This document shows positions 1-8,120 of a stretch of 63,881 nucleotides of DNA, one piece after another. Position 1 is the first letter of the stretch; every line of letters starts with the position of its first letter. Both the position numbers and the translations under genes were made by a program. This DNA is from a virus (taxonomy: Duplodnaviria > Caudoviricetes), in the IMG/VR virus record IMGVR_UViG_3300028768_000001, positions 1 to 63,881 of that record; one strand, 5' to 3'. Below the pieces are notes generated by a model that had not been told where the DNA came from, did no database searches, and saw nothing but the letters and a program-made list of their open reading frames with translations.

Positions 1-8
1 TCCGATCT
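1..8 (+). other. Illumina adapter remnant (TCCGATCT)
   Basis: Matches the 3' end of the TruSeq adapter (...GCTCTTCCGATCT). Identity with the terminal repeat begins exactly at position 9; the other copy is preceded by GTGTCGCG instead. Confidence 0.8.
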
Positions 9-134
9 AATGTACTCCTCGGTCGTCAGCTTCGAGAGCGAGTACGTGTCGTCGTAGTACGTCTCGTAATCGATCGTCACGAGGTCCATCACACACCCGC
101 AGGCAGTTCGCCGGGCGGCAAAAGCGGTAGGCCG
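9..134. repeat. 126-bp terminal direct repeat, left copy (circular assembly overlap)
   Basis: Identical to 63756-63881. It covers the start of polA and the end of the upstream gene, so the genome closes as a circle. Confidence 0.97.
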
Positions 135-355
135 CCAAGATCATGCAGTCCGCGCGTCCGTAGCCACTCGGCACTCTCGATGCGCAGCGCCGGCTCGATA
201 GCGGCGCAGTGATAACGCACCTTATGCAGCGCAACTAACAGCGCTTCTTCGTTGCCCCCAGGGATCAGCCCGCGCGCCCAGGCCAGATCGAGTGTGCGCA
301 GCGCTTGGTTGCGTTCGCGCCGGAACGCTTGCAGTTCGTCGGCCATCGCACTCAT
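89..355 (-). CDS. hypothetical protein
   Basis: ATG at 355 overlaps the upstream TGA. Its own stop overlaps the polA start across the circular junction. Confidence 0.75.
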   Translation of the reverse strand: MSAMADELQAFRRERNQALRTLDLAWARGLIPGGNEEALLVALHKVRYHCAAIEPALRIESAEWLRTRGLHDLGGLPLLPPGELPAGV

Positions 356-732
356 CACAGGTTCCCCTTGTTGAACTGATCCCACGAGCCCGTCAGGTTA
401 TACATCGTCACGGCGCGCCGCACCGTTTCCACCACGCGCTGCACGGGGGGCACCGGCAAGAAGCTGCCTTTTAGCGCGGGTATAACCTCCAGCGCGCGGT
501 CCTGGCCGTTAAACGTGTGCCGGCTTTTACTTTTACTCTTGATCTGCATCTCCGGAAGCCACTGCTCGCGCCGCAAGTCGAACTCGTCGTGCAGGATGGA
601 CAGGATCGTATCGAGATCGCGGACATCGAACTTCTTGCCGGTATGCAGCTCGATCAGGTAATACTCGCCGAACACGAACGCACGCACGTGCTGCAAATCG
701 AGCGGCGTCTCGGCAAATTCAGCCAGCAACAT
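355..732 (-). CDS. hypothetical protein
   Basis: GGAGG RBS upstream of ATG 732; tightly packed in the operon. Confidence 0.7.
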   Translation of the reverse strand: MLLAEFAETPLDLQHVRAFVFGEYYLIELHTGKKFDVRDLDTILSILHDEFDLRREQWLPEMQIKSKSKSRHTFNGQDRALEVIPALKGSFLPVPPVQRVVETVRRAVTMYNLTGSWDQFNKGNL

Positions 733-940
733 GATGACTTTCCTCCACCATCCGCGCTTGCGGATGGATCGCATCGTTCACGAGCACCAGCAGTTCCATG
801 ATGCGTGCCTCGACGGCGCCGACCCGTTCGCGTTCATACTCAATCTCGACGTCCGACGCGTTTTGCGCTTGCGCGATATCCAGGGCCATGAGCCTCACCC
901 GGTATTCGCGCAGCAATGCCTGGGCGAGTTCGGGTTTCAT
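719..940 (-). CDS. hypothetical coiled-coil protein
   Basis: ATGA overlap with the upstream gene at 937-940. Confidence 0.65.
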   Translation of the reverse strand: MKPELAQALLREYRVRLMALDIAQAQNASDVEIEYERERVGAVEARIMELLVLVNDAIHPQARMVEESHHVAG

Positions 941-1218
941 GCCGGCGTTTTCCCGCTCACCCCTTGCGGCGCTTCCGTTTCCCACGCTTTCACCACCGTC
1001 TTGACGGCTTCGACGCCCAGCGAAGCAGGGTTGATGTTGGTCGCATGCATCGCGCCGTTAGGGGCGAACACAAGCAGCACGAACGGCCACTTCTTGCCCG
1101 ACTCGTCGATCAGGGCGCGATCGATTGCGCCGATTAGGCCGGGCAATGCGTCCAGCACCTTGGCCACTTCGGCCGGTTGTTCGGGAGGGATGTAATCCGT
1201 CGTGTTGGCATTGCTCAT
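937..1218 (-). CDS. hypothetical protein
   Basis: ORF with GGAG RBS, operon packing. Confidence 0.75.
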   Translation of the reverse strand: MSNANTTDYIPPEQPAEVAKVLDALPGLIGAIDRALIDESGKKWPFVLLVFAPNGAMHATNINPASLGVEAVKTVVKAWETEAPQGVSGKTPA

Positions 1219-1233
1219 GTTCGCTCCAAAGAG

Positions 1234-1563
1234 TTAGTCGGGGCGGCCCAACTTCTCGCCGTTGTTGATCACCAGGAAGTCACGGTATCCACCGCGATCG
1301 ACGCCCCATATGACGACTTTGCGGGTATCAGAAGTCACGCCGATAAAATCGGCTCCAGCCGCATCCGCGGCGGCGAACTCGGCCGGCCAATCGCGGGCGA
1401 ACTCCTCGGGGATCGAATCCCATAGGGCTTTTGCAACGGGCTCCCAAACCTCACGAAAGGCATCGGAGTCGTCACGCCGCCCTTGACCGGCGTCCGCTAT
1501 TTCGGCCATCGCGATATTGGCGGCTTCGACGATGGTTTGCATGGCGTTGTAGTGAGTACTCAT
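1234..1563 (-). CDS. hypothetical acidic protein
   Basis: ORF with AGGAG RBS. Confidence 0.75.
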   Translation of the reverse strand: MSTHYNAMQTIVEAANIAMAEIADAGQGRRDDSDAFREVWEPVAKALWDSIPEEFARDWPAEFAAADAAGADFIGVTSDTRKVVIWGVDRGGYRDFLVINNGEKLGRPD

Positions 1564-1579
1564 GTTCGCTCCTACTACG

Positions 1580-1768
1580 TTATTGGGTAATCTCTTTAAC
1601 TTCGACGGTGTTTCCGCTCGGGCTCATTTCTTCGGCCTGCTCGACCATGGCGGCCCAGCTCTTGTAGCCCGCGTCAACCGCAAATGCTTCTTGCGCAGCT
1701 TCTTGCGTCTCGCCGCTGAAATTTCCGTAATCAAGGCCATTCGCGCTGAAATTAAAAGTCTTGGTCAT
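1580..1768 (-). CDS. small acidic hypothetical protein
   Basis: 62 aa, AAGGAG RBS. Confidence 0.75.
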   Translation of the reverse strand: MTKTFNFSANGLDYGNFSGETQEAAQEAFAVDAGYKSWAAMVEQAEEMSPSGNTVEVKEITQ

Positions 1769-1797
1769 TTCGTTCTCCTTGGTGTGGCGTTGTTACG

Positions 1798-2079
1798 TTA
1801 TGGGTACACGGTGGCGATATCCTTGCCATCCAGGCGCACCGGCACCGCCATGCCCGCGATACCATGCTCGCGCAGCTCGGTATAAATGCGTGAGATCGAG
1901 GTGTCGAGTGCGTCGACTTCGACCCACACCGCCCCCTCCTGCTTGCGCACGGCCACGCGCATCCGCACGCGTAAATTCGTACCGACAAAATCTCCCAACT
2001 GCACCATGCGCGACTCGGTACGCGTCACGCGCTGGTTAATCTCCTGCAGCAGGGCTAATTCAAGATCATTCAACATCAT
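1798..2079 (-). CDS. hypothetical protein
   Basis: AGGAG RBS, 93 aa. Confidence 0.7.
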   Translation of the reverse strand: MMLNDLELALLQEINQRVTRTESRMVQLGDFVGTNLRVRMRVAVRKQEGAVWVEVDALDTSISRIYTELREHGIAGMAVPVRLDGKDIATVYP

Positions 2080-2113
2080 TCGCTCCTATCAAGTGGGTCA
2101 CTACGGTCGGGGC

Positions 2114-3283
2114 TCAGTCGGCCACCCGGATCACCTCGCCGAACGGCGCAGGCTTGCGCCCCCATACATCCGCCCACACGACCGGGTAGTCGGGCGCGTG
2201 CGGCGGCAACCGTCCTTCAAGATCGGTGAGAATGATACACACCGCGGGCACAATGCCCTCCTCGTCGAGCTGCTCGAAGATCGGCACAAAGCTCGTGCCC
2301 CCACCGCCGCGCGGCTTCGTCACCACGTCCAGCTCGCCGGGCTCGATCACCTCGCCCGGGTACACCTGCGTATCGAAGTAGTAGACATGCACGTGCTGCG
2401 GCTTGGCTTCGGCCAAGATCGCATTCAGATGCCCGGCGAACTGCGCTTGCTGAGCCTTCGATACGCATGAGCCGGAGGTGTCGATAAACACCGCGATATC
2501 CCCCAACGACTCGCTATAGTGCAGCGGGGCGAACACCCCGTGCGTGAGCATCGCGCGCCGGTTGATCCTGGCCCAGTCGTAGTGCGACGGGCGCAGCGAC
2601 TGCATGTAGCGGTGCAGATGGTTATACCAAGGCTCGCGCACTGGCTGATAGGCGGCCACCGTGCCCTGCTCCATGCCGGCCGGCAGTTTGCCCATTGCTT
2701 TCGCGTTGGCGATGGCCCGGTCGACCAGGGCCTTGACCTGATCCTCGAAAGCGGCGATCTGCTCCGGCGAGAACGGCTGACCGTCCTGGCTGGGCTCCTT
2801 GATATCCTGCCGGCCCTTGGGCAGCTGCGGCCCCTGGCCCGCGCCCCCGCCATCTTTTTCTCGCTCCTTCTCTTGCTTGGCGAGATCGGCATAGATCGTC
2901 TCGGCGAGCCAGCCGTCATACTGCATGTTGCACAGCCAGTCGGGCGGGATCGTGAACCCGTTTTTCTTCATCAACGTGTTGATGGCATGGTCGCACGCGG
3001 TGTTCCACAACTTCGGGTCGCGGCTGCCGCGCCGGGTCGGATGCAAAAAGATCTTGTGCCCCAGCTCGTGCACGAGTTCGGCCACCTGCTGCTCCAATGC
3101 AATCGTTTTCCAAAACGCCGCATTGATCCATAGGTTGCGCCCGTCGGTCGCCTGCGTCTCCAGCCCGGCCGCAACCTGCTCGGGCGACGCCTCATGGATC
3201 GTCATGCTATAGAACACCTCGGTCCAGAATGGATAGCCGAGCGCGAGCCGCACAGCCGCAGCTGAGGCGATGTTGGTGCTCAT
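2114..3283 (-). CDS. metallopeptidase-like (HExxH) + vWA domain protein (DUF2201-like)
   Basis: HELGH zincin motif; C-terminal MIDAS elements DTSGS, GGGGT, ILTD. Confidence 0.88.
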   Translation of the reverse strand: MSTNIASAAAVRLALGYPFWTEVFYSMTIHEASPEQVAAGLETQATDGRNLWINAAFWKTIALEQQVAELVHELGHKIFLHPTRRGSRDPKLWNTACDHAINTLMKKNGFTIPPDWLCNMQYDGWLAETIYADLAKQEKEREKDGGGAGQGPQLPKGRQDIKEPSQDGQPFSPEQIAAFEDQVKALVDRAIANAKAMGKLPAGMEQGTVAAYQPVREPWYNHLHRYMQSLRPSHYDWARINRRAMLTHGVFAPLHYSESLGDIAVFIDTSGSCVSKAQQAQFAGHLNAILAEAKPQHVHVYYFDTQVYPGEVIEPGELDVVTKPRGGGGTSFVPIFEQLDEEGIVPAVCIILTDLEGRLPPHAPDYPVVWADVWGRKPAPFGEVIRVAD

Positions 3284-3540
3284 GATTCATTCTCCTCGTC
3301 GCTCGAATCGCACGGCATCCATACCCAGGCACTGACCCATGTGCCCCCGTCGCCCTCGCTCAGATAGGCCACGTCGTCGATTTCGATATCGTTGCCCGCG
3401 TAAAGCTCGGCGGCTGAATCCCGAATCGCTTCGGGGGCTTCGGGCGGCAACGCCGCGGCCAGTTCGCGCACCGCCGCGGCCAGATCGCCGCGCTCCCAAT
3501 TCGCCATGACCGCCCGTGCGGCTTCAATCAATCGCTGCAT
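3280..3540 (-). CDS. hypothetical acidic protein
   Basis: ATGA overlap with the vWA gene; AGGAG RBS. Confidence 0.7.
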   Translation of the reverse strand: MQRLIEAARAVMANWERGDLAAAVRELAAALPPEAPEAIRDSAAELYAGNDIEIDDVAYLSEGDGGTWVSAWVWMPCDSSDEENES

Positions 3541-3557
3541 GCTCTGCTCCTAATCCG

Positions 3558-3674
3558 TTAATGCCCGGCGAGTACGATGCACCCGCCGAACCATATTGCA
3601 ATCCATCCCCAATCGTTGTCGCCTGCCTTCATGATGATGCCCGCGATCAACAACAGCACCCCGATTAAAGCCAT
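3558..3674 (-). CDS. 38-aa hydrophobic membrane peptide (not in ORF track)
   Basis: Manual translation MALIGVLLLIAGIIMKAGDNDWGWIAIWFGGCIVLAGH*; AGGAG RBS at 3681-3685; fills the gap between two genes. Confidence 0.6.
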   Translation of the reverse strand: MALIGVLLLIAGIIMKAGDNDWGWIAIWFGGCIVLAGH

Positions 3675-3683
3675 GACGCACTC

Positions 3684-3884
3684 CTAACACGTTGGCGGCA
3701 ACGGGCCGTCGCCTTTGTAGACTTGTCCGACCATGCGCTCTGACGTCGCGTGGTAATACTGCTGCGGCGTGTCGCTCGCATTCAGCTCGGTCAGTCCCAC
3801 GTCGGCGGCTGACTTTAAATCCTTGGCTTCGACGTGCACCACGTACTGCACCAGCTCCTCGATGAGCACCTGGAATTTAGGCAT
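3684..3884 (-). CDS. hypothetical protein
   Basis: 66-aa ORF with GGAG upstream. Confidence 0.7.
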   Translation of the reverse strand: MPKFQVLIEELVQYVVHVEAKDLKSAADVGLTELNASDTPQQYYHATSERMVGQVYKGDGPLPPTC

Positions 3885-3908
3885 AACGAATAATCTCCGG
3901 GTAGGGGG

Positions 3909-5027
3909 TTAGCGCCCGTTCAACAGCTTGGTCAGCTGCGCGTTGCTGATCCACTCGACGTAGCTGCCGGCCGACGCGAGGTCGAAATTCTTGCGGATCG
4001 ACAGGTTGCGCAGGATCACCGCTTGCAGCTCCAGCGGCAGCCGCTCGCCGAAGCTGCGCACCTGCGGCATCTGGCCCGGATGACAGCGCAGCGCCACGAT
4101 CATCGCCAGCGCATACTGCTCGTCCATCGCCTGCGGCAGCGCGATCGCCTTCGGGTTCTCCATGATCTGCGCGAACGAGGCCAGCGACTTGCGCGCCGCT
4201 TTGTGTGCGTGGTAGGCACTGCCCACCCCGGTGCCCAGGTTGCCGACTGCCTCGGAAAGCGTCACGGGCGAGTCCACCTCGTCGGCGGCGAACTCCTTGC
4301 GACTGAGGCGTTCCCAGCTGCGCATGTTGGCCCATATGCCGTTCTTGCCCTCTTCGCTGAGCACGCTGCGCTCGCCCGATGGCGCGCTGTTTGGAATCGC
4401 CTTGGCGGCCGCGGCACTGGTCTGGAATACCTCGTCGTAGTTATCGATCTGTGCCGGGTTGTCTTTGAAATAGAGCTGCACGTTCGGATGCCAGCCGTGC
4501 TTACTCGCGAACTCGATGTTATCGGTCGGGTCGCTGTACACGTCGTGCTGCTCCATGCGACTCATGAACGCGCGGCCTTGCTGCTGCACGCCCGACTTGT
4601 GCTCCAGGCTGTTCGATGCGCCGATCACGATCACGCCTTCGGGGAGCTTCAAGCTGCCCATGTCCTCGCGGTTCATGTACTTTTGCAGCAGCTTGGTGGT
4701 AGCCGGATCCCCGTTGAGCACCTCGTCGAAAAAGAGCACGCCCTTCGCCTCGGGGTCGGTGTAGTGATTGGGCAGCAGCTCGTTGTTGTACAGCGCCAGC
4801 ACGCCGCGCTCTTTATCGGGGCAGCTCGCCTGAATATCCATCGGGCTCATGCTCGGCACGTAAAATTTCCAGCCGCGAAAGCCTTCGACTTTCTTTTGCA
4901 TGCGGGCAATGAAGGCTTCGACGGTCTCGGTCTTGCCGAGCGCGGGCTTGCTTTTGAACAGTACGTTGGTGCGCGCAATCCAGCATCGCACGAGAATGCC
5001 GTTGAGTTCGTTCAGCTTGATCGCCAT
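3909..5027 (-). CDS. AAA+ ATPase (MoxR/AAA_5-like)
   Basis: Variant Walker A SKPALGKT, Walker B LFFDE, sensor-like IGASN and SR motifs; upstream of a vWA gene. Confidence 0.8.
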   Translation of the reverse strand: MAIKLNELNGILVRCWIARTNVLFKSKPALGKTETVEAFIARMQKKVEGFRGWKFYVPSMSPMDIQASCPDKERGVLALYNNELLPNHYTDPEAKGVLFFDEVLNGDPATTKLLQKYMNREDMGSLKLPEGVIVIGASNSLEHKSGVQQQGRAFMSRMEQHDVYSDPTDNIEFASKHGWHPNVQLYFKDNPAQIDNYDEVFQTSAAAAKAIPNSAPSGERSVLSEEGKNGIWANMRSWERLSRKEFAADEVDSPVTLSEAVGNLGTGVGSAYHAHKAARKSLASFAQIMENPKAIALPQAMDEQYALAMIVALRCHPGQMPQVRSFGERLPLELQAVILRNLSIRKNFDLASAGSYVEWISNAQLTKLLNGR

Positions 5028-5033
5028 GAAAGG

Positions 5034-5079
5034 CTCCTAACAGGTTAGGACAAAGCCGCGCATGCGCGGTTTCGTCCGG
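5034..5079. repeat. early-region hairpin element copy A + RBS hairpin
   Basis: CTCCTAACAGGTTAGGAC-AAAGCCGCG-CATG-CGCGGTTTC-GTCCGG. Confidence 0.85.
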
Positions 5080-5093
5080 GGGGCATCGGGGAA

Positions 5094-6086
5094 TTACAGC
5101 ATGTCGGCAAACAGCGCCCGCTTGGCTGGGGGCACGGGCTTGAACGCGCTTGCCTCGTCGATCACGATGTGCGTTGCGGCAACCGTTGGGGGCGGCTCCA
5201 GCGTAGCCGGAATCGACGCGGCAACATAGCCCTTAAATTTCGTAGCCAAGGTGCGCGCTTCGACGATTGCCGCGGTGCGCACCGTCGGATTTTGCCGCAA
5301 GTCCACTGCCGCGTAAGCCGCCAGCTGGCGCGCATCACTCGCCAGCGCGGCCAAGTGCGCATCGTTGGTCAGGTTCAACGCCGGCATTACCTCGACGAGC
5401 TTCGCGATGTTATCGACCAGCGAGTCGTTGAACTTCTTGACCGTCTTGTTGCCATATTGCTCCAGCGTATTCGCCATCGCCGCGACGACTTCGTACAGCC
5501 GTTCGTACGCCTCCTTCACGCCGGCCTGCACCTTCTGCTCGACCGCGGCTTGCGCTTGCTGCACGAGCCGCTCGACTTCCGCTTTCGGCACGCCCCCTTC
5601 GATCACGCGAAAATCCTCGGCGTTCGGAATCGGCATGGTGTCGACCGTGAACTTGAATTTGAGCTTGACCTCGTTGACCCCAGGGTATTCGCTGCGCTTA
5701 AACATGCGGCCCAGCTTGCTTTCGGCCCGGTTGATGGCCTCGGCATAGGCGCAAATAAACGCATCGACCAGCGCCTCGCCCATCAGCAGCCGATCGCCCA
5801 CCTCGGCCATGAATTCCATGTGCCGCCCGACCGCGCCCGCGCGCCAGCCGCAGTCATCCCAGGGCAGGGTCGAGGTATAGATAAAAGTACGGAAGGCGTT
5901 GTCCCACTTCTGCACCGCCTTTAGTTCTTTCGAGTCGGGCAACAGCTGCTTGTGCACGTTGGCCGCACCGTCGATGGCGCCGTTATCTTTATTGACCTTG
6001 GCGCTTTCGTCTTTGTCGAGCTTACGCGCGGTCCAGATGGACAGGCTCGGACGGTACAGCAGCACAGCGTTACGGATGGTCGACAT
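5094..6086 (-). CDS. DUF3150-like helical protein
   Basis: N-terminal SIWTARKLD, TLPW, F...YP and C-terminal NLTND pattern typical of the proteins found beside phage AAA/vWA pairs. Confidence 0.6.
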   Translation of the reverse strand: MSTIRNAVLLYRPSLSIWTARKLDKDESAKVNKDNGAIDGAANVHKQLLPDSKELKAVQKWDNAFRTFIYTSTLPWDDCGWRAGAVGRHMEFMAEVGDRLLMGEALVDAFICAYAEAINRAESKLGRMFKRSEYPGVNEVKLKFKFTVDTMPIPNAEDFRVIEGGVPKAEVERLVQQAQAAVEQKVQAGVKEAYERLYEVVAAMANTLEQYGNKTVKKFNDSLVDNIAKLVEVMPALNLTNDAHLAALASDARQLAAYAAVDLRQNPTVRTAAIVEARTLATKFKGYVAASIPATLEPPPTVAATHIVIDEASAFKPVPPAKRALFADML

Positions 6087-6143
6087 GGTGCGTTCTCCTG
6101 ACGTTCACGTTTGTTGAACTGCGATGGCATCGACAACAACTTC

Positions 6144-6172
6144 ATTGTCCCGCGCTTGTCGAATACTTTCAA
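6144..6172 (-). promoter_or_regulatory. sigma70-like promoter for the DUF3150/AAA/vWA operon
   Basis: TTGAAA-N17-GACAAT on the minus strand. Confidence 0.55.
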
Positions 6173-6176
6173 ACAA

Positions 6177-6197
6177 CAAGTTAGGACACCTAACTAA
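6177..6197. promoter_or_regulatory. palindromic operator-like site
   Basis: CAAGTTAGGA-C-ACCTAACTAA, just upstream of the -35 box. Confidence 0.7.
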
Positions 6198-6211
6198 ATT
6201 CGGCAAAAAAT

Positions 6212-6583
6212 TTACAGACTGAACGGCACCTCACCGATGGCTGCGACGAGGGCCATTAAATCGCGCGCGGCTTCGGGATCGTTCGGCACCGGCACGCGAA
6301 TCGGCAGCGCAAGCCCCACCTGCTGCACGATGTACCACCGCTGGTACTTGTAGGGCATCGGCACGGCCTCGCCACTGCGGATGTAGCGCGCATGGTTGAA
6401 ACCCCCTTTCGGGCCGCGCGGTTTTAAACACACCACGGCAAAGCCGTTCGGATGATGCAGCTGCAGATGCGCGATGGCGATTTCACGTGAAACCGGGGTG
6501 TCGTCGAACGTGCAGCGCATCGACAAGGGATACCGACCGCGCGGGTAAAACGAAGCAATCGAACGCGTGACGAGTGCCATCAT
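6212..6583 (-). CDS. hypothetical protein
   Basis: ATGA overlap with the upstream gene; GGAG RBS. Confidence 0.65.
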   Translation of the reverse strand: MMALVTRSIASFYPRGRYPLSMRCTFDDTPVSREIAIAHLQLHHPNGFAVVCLKPRGPKGGFNHARYIRSGEAVPMPYKYQRWYIVQQVGLALPIRVPVPNDPEAARDLMALVAAIGEVPFSL

Positions 6584-6981
6584 TGCTCTCCACGCAGTTC
6601 TTGCCGGATGATCGCAAACAGCGTCTCGGCTTGTTCGCTGGCATCCGCCGCGTGCCGCTGGAATGCGTCGACCAGCGCTTTGTGGCCAGCTTCGGCTTGC
6701 TCGATGGTGTGATAGCGCTGCATCACCTCGTCGCTATTCCACTCACCGCGCTGCATGAATACCATCGATTCGAACAGCACCGGCTCCGCGCCATCGACGG
6801 GTGGGAACCCGTGATCGAGCCCGAGAAAAACAGTCGAGATCAGCACGTCGCCCACCACATCGCGGCCGATGCGCGTGCTCTCCGCCGCACGCGCCGCTTC
6901 GAACCAGTGTGCCCATTGCCGCACGTCCAGGACTGCAACCACCTTGCGGTCGATCAAGGCGTAGTATTTGAGATTCGTCAC
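6580..6981 (-). CDS. conserved phage hypothetical protein
   Basis: STVFLGLDH...LFESMVF...RY..AEAGH pattern seen in phage early genes; AGGAG RBS. Confidence 0.75.
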   Translation of the reverse strand: MTNLKYYALIDRKVVAVLDVRQWAHWFEAARAAESTRIGRDVVGDVLISTVFLGLDHGFPPVDGAEPVLFESMVFMQRGEWNSDEVMQRYHTIEQAEAGHKALVDAFQRHAADASEQAETLFAIIRQELRGEQ

Positions 6982-7215
6982 CTATAGCTCCTTCACGACA
7001 ATGTGGAACGTGCAGCCCGCCCATACGCCGGCAAACATCGGGCTGAACCGACCGTCAAAAACTTGATAGGGCGCGCCTTGCTTCATCGCCACCAGCATGC
7101 CGCCCAGCTCGACATGGGCCGCGCCCGTCTCGAAGTCCACCGGGTCGGCGCGAATCTCAAACCAGCGCACTTCGTCAAGACGGGTCGACGGGTACTTGAC
7201 GCGGCACGTGCTCAT
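6982..7215 (-). CDS. hypothetical protein
   Basis: ATGA overlap, operon packing. Confidence 0.65.
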   Translation of the reverse strand: MSTCRVKYPSTRLDEVRWFEIRADPVDFETGAAHVELGGMLVAMKQGAPYQVFDGRFSPMFAGVWAGCTFHIVVKEL

Positions 7216-7838
7216 ATCGGCTTCCCGTCCTCGTCGAACGTGTACTCGTTCGCCTCGATACCCTCGATGCAGGCTTGCTCGCTGCCGTGATAAAGCAGCT
7301 CATCGGCCATGCGTTGATAGAGCCATGCGGCGAGCGCTTCCATGCACGCCTCGACCGTGGCGAACGTATCTTCGTCCAGATCGACTTGGCCGCCATCATC
7401 GTCGCATTCGCCAGTAAAGGCGGTATCGATTGACACGCGCAGTGAAAATGGCGCGATCTGACAACTCGCCAATGGGTATCGCAACATCACGCTCATCAGC
7501 TGTGCGCCGACGCGCTTGAGTTCGGCATCCTCCGGCGCTTGTTCAAGCAATGCCGCGTAATGCATGCGCTCGGCGACCCAGTGCCCGGTAAAGGTGGCGT
7601 AGTCGCCTTGCACAAAGCCTATCGAATAGGCCACATTGGGCTCTTGCCGCGTCTTGCCATTCATGAGCTTGACTGTCCGCACACCGAACTCGATCCCTAA
7701 GTGGCCGAACAGATTCACCGCATCCGCGATGATGTCATCAGGTTCCCAGTCTTGCGTCACGCACTCCCGGAACCACTCGATTGCACGCTGCCGCGCTGCG
7801 TCGCTCAGCTCGGCAAACCGATAGGTCACATTCACCAT
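7212..7838 (-). CDS. acidic phage protein (family often labelled 'antitoxin of TA stability system')
   Basis: Y.F.ELSD.A...A.EW.R N-terminus and IEANEY.F.EDG C-terminus; AGGAG RBS before ATG 7838. Confidence 0.65.
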   Translation of the reverse strand: MVNVTYRFAELSDAARQRAIEWFRECVTQDWEPDDIIADAVNLFGHLGIEFGVRTVKLMNGKTRQEPNVAYSIGFVQGDYATFTGHWVAERMHYAALLEQAPEDAELKRVGAQLMSVMLRYPLASCQIAPFSLRVSIDTAFTGECDDDGGQVDLDEDTFATVEACMEALAAWLYQRMADELLYHGSEQACIEGIEANEYTFDEDGKPI

Positions 7839-7844
7839 GATTCT

Positions 7845-7891
7845 CTCCTGACAGGTTAGGACAAAACCGCGGGACTCGCGGCTTCGTCCGG
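7845..7891. repeat. early-region hairpin element copy B + RBS hairpin
   Basis: CTCCTGACAGGTTAGGAC-AAAACCGCG-GGACT-CGCGGCTTC-GTCCGG. Confidence 0.85.
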
Positions 7892-7900
7892 GTCCACCCT

Positions 7901-8101
7901 TCATTGTGCTTCGTCTACGTCCTTAGCCAACTTGCCCGCCAGTGTGCCGAGCAACAACATCAGCAAATTGATTGATTGCGCGGTGGTGGCCATGGCCGGC
8001 GCATCGTAGAGCCGATGCATCGCCTCGGTCAGCTCGACGCGGTTTTCTTCGATCAACGCGACGGTCCGCCGCAGCGTCAGCATGTCATCGACAAGACTCA
8101 T
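7901..8101 (-). CDS. hypothetical protein
   Basis: GGAG RBS before ATG 8101. Confidence 0.6.
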   Translation of the reverse strand: MSLVDDMLTLRRTVALIEENRVELTEAMHRLYDAPAMATTAQSINLLMLLLGTLAGKLAKDVDEAQ

Positions 8102-8120
8102 GGCTTGACTCCATACGTCG

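Noticed and set aside
9-134. 126-bp terminal repeat as the physical DTR of the virion DNA
   Set aside because: It lies within coding sequence at the polA start, begins at an adapter remnant and has a k-mer-like length, so it is an assembly overlap.
7212-7838. Toxin-antitoxin system
   Set aside because: The family label is not backed by a recognisable antitoxin fold, and no toxin gene is adjacent.
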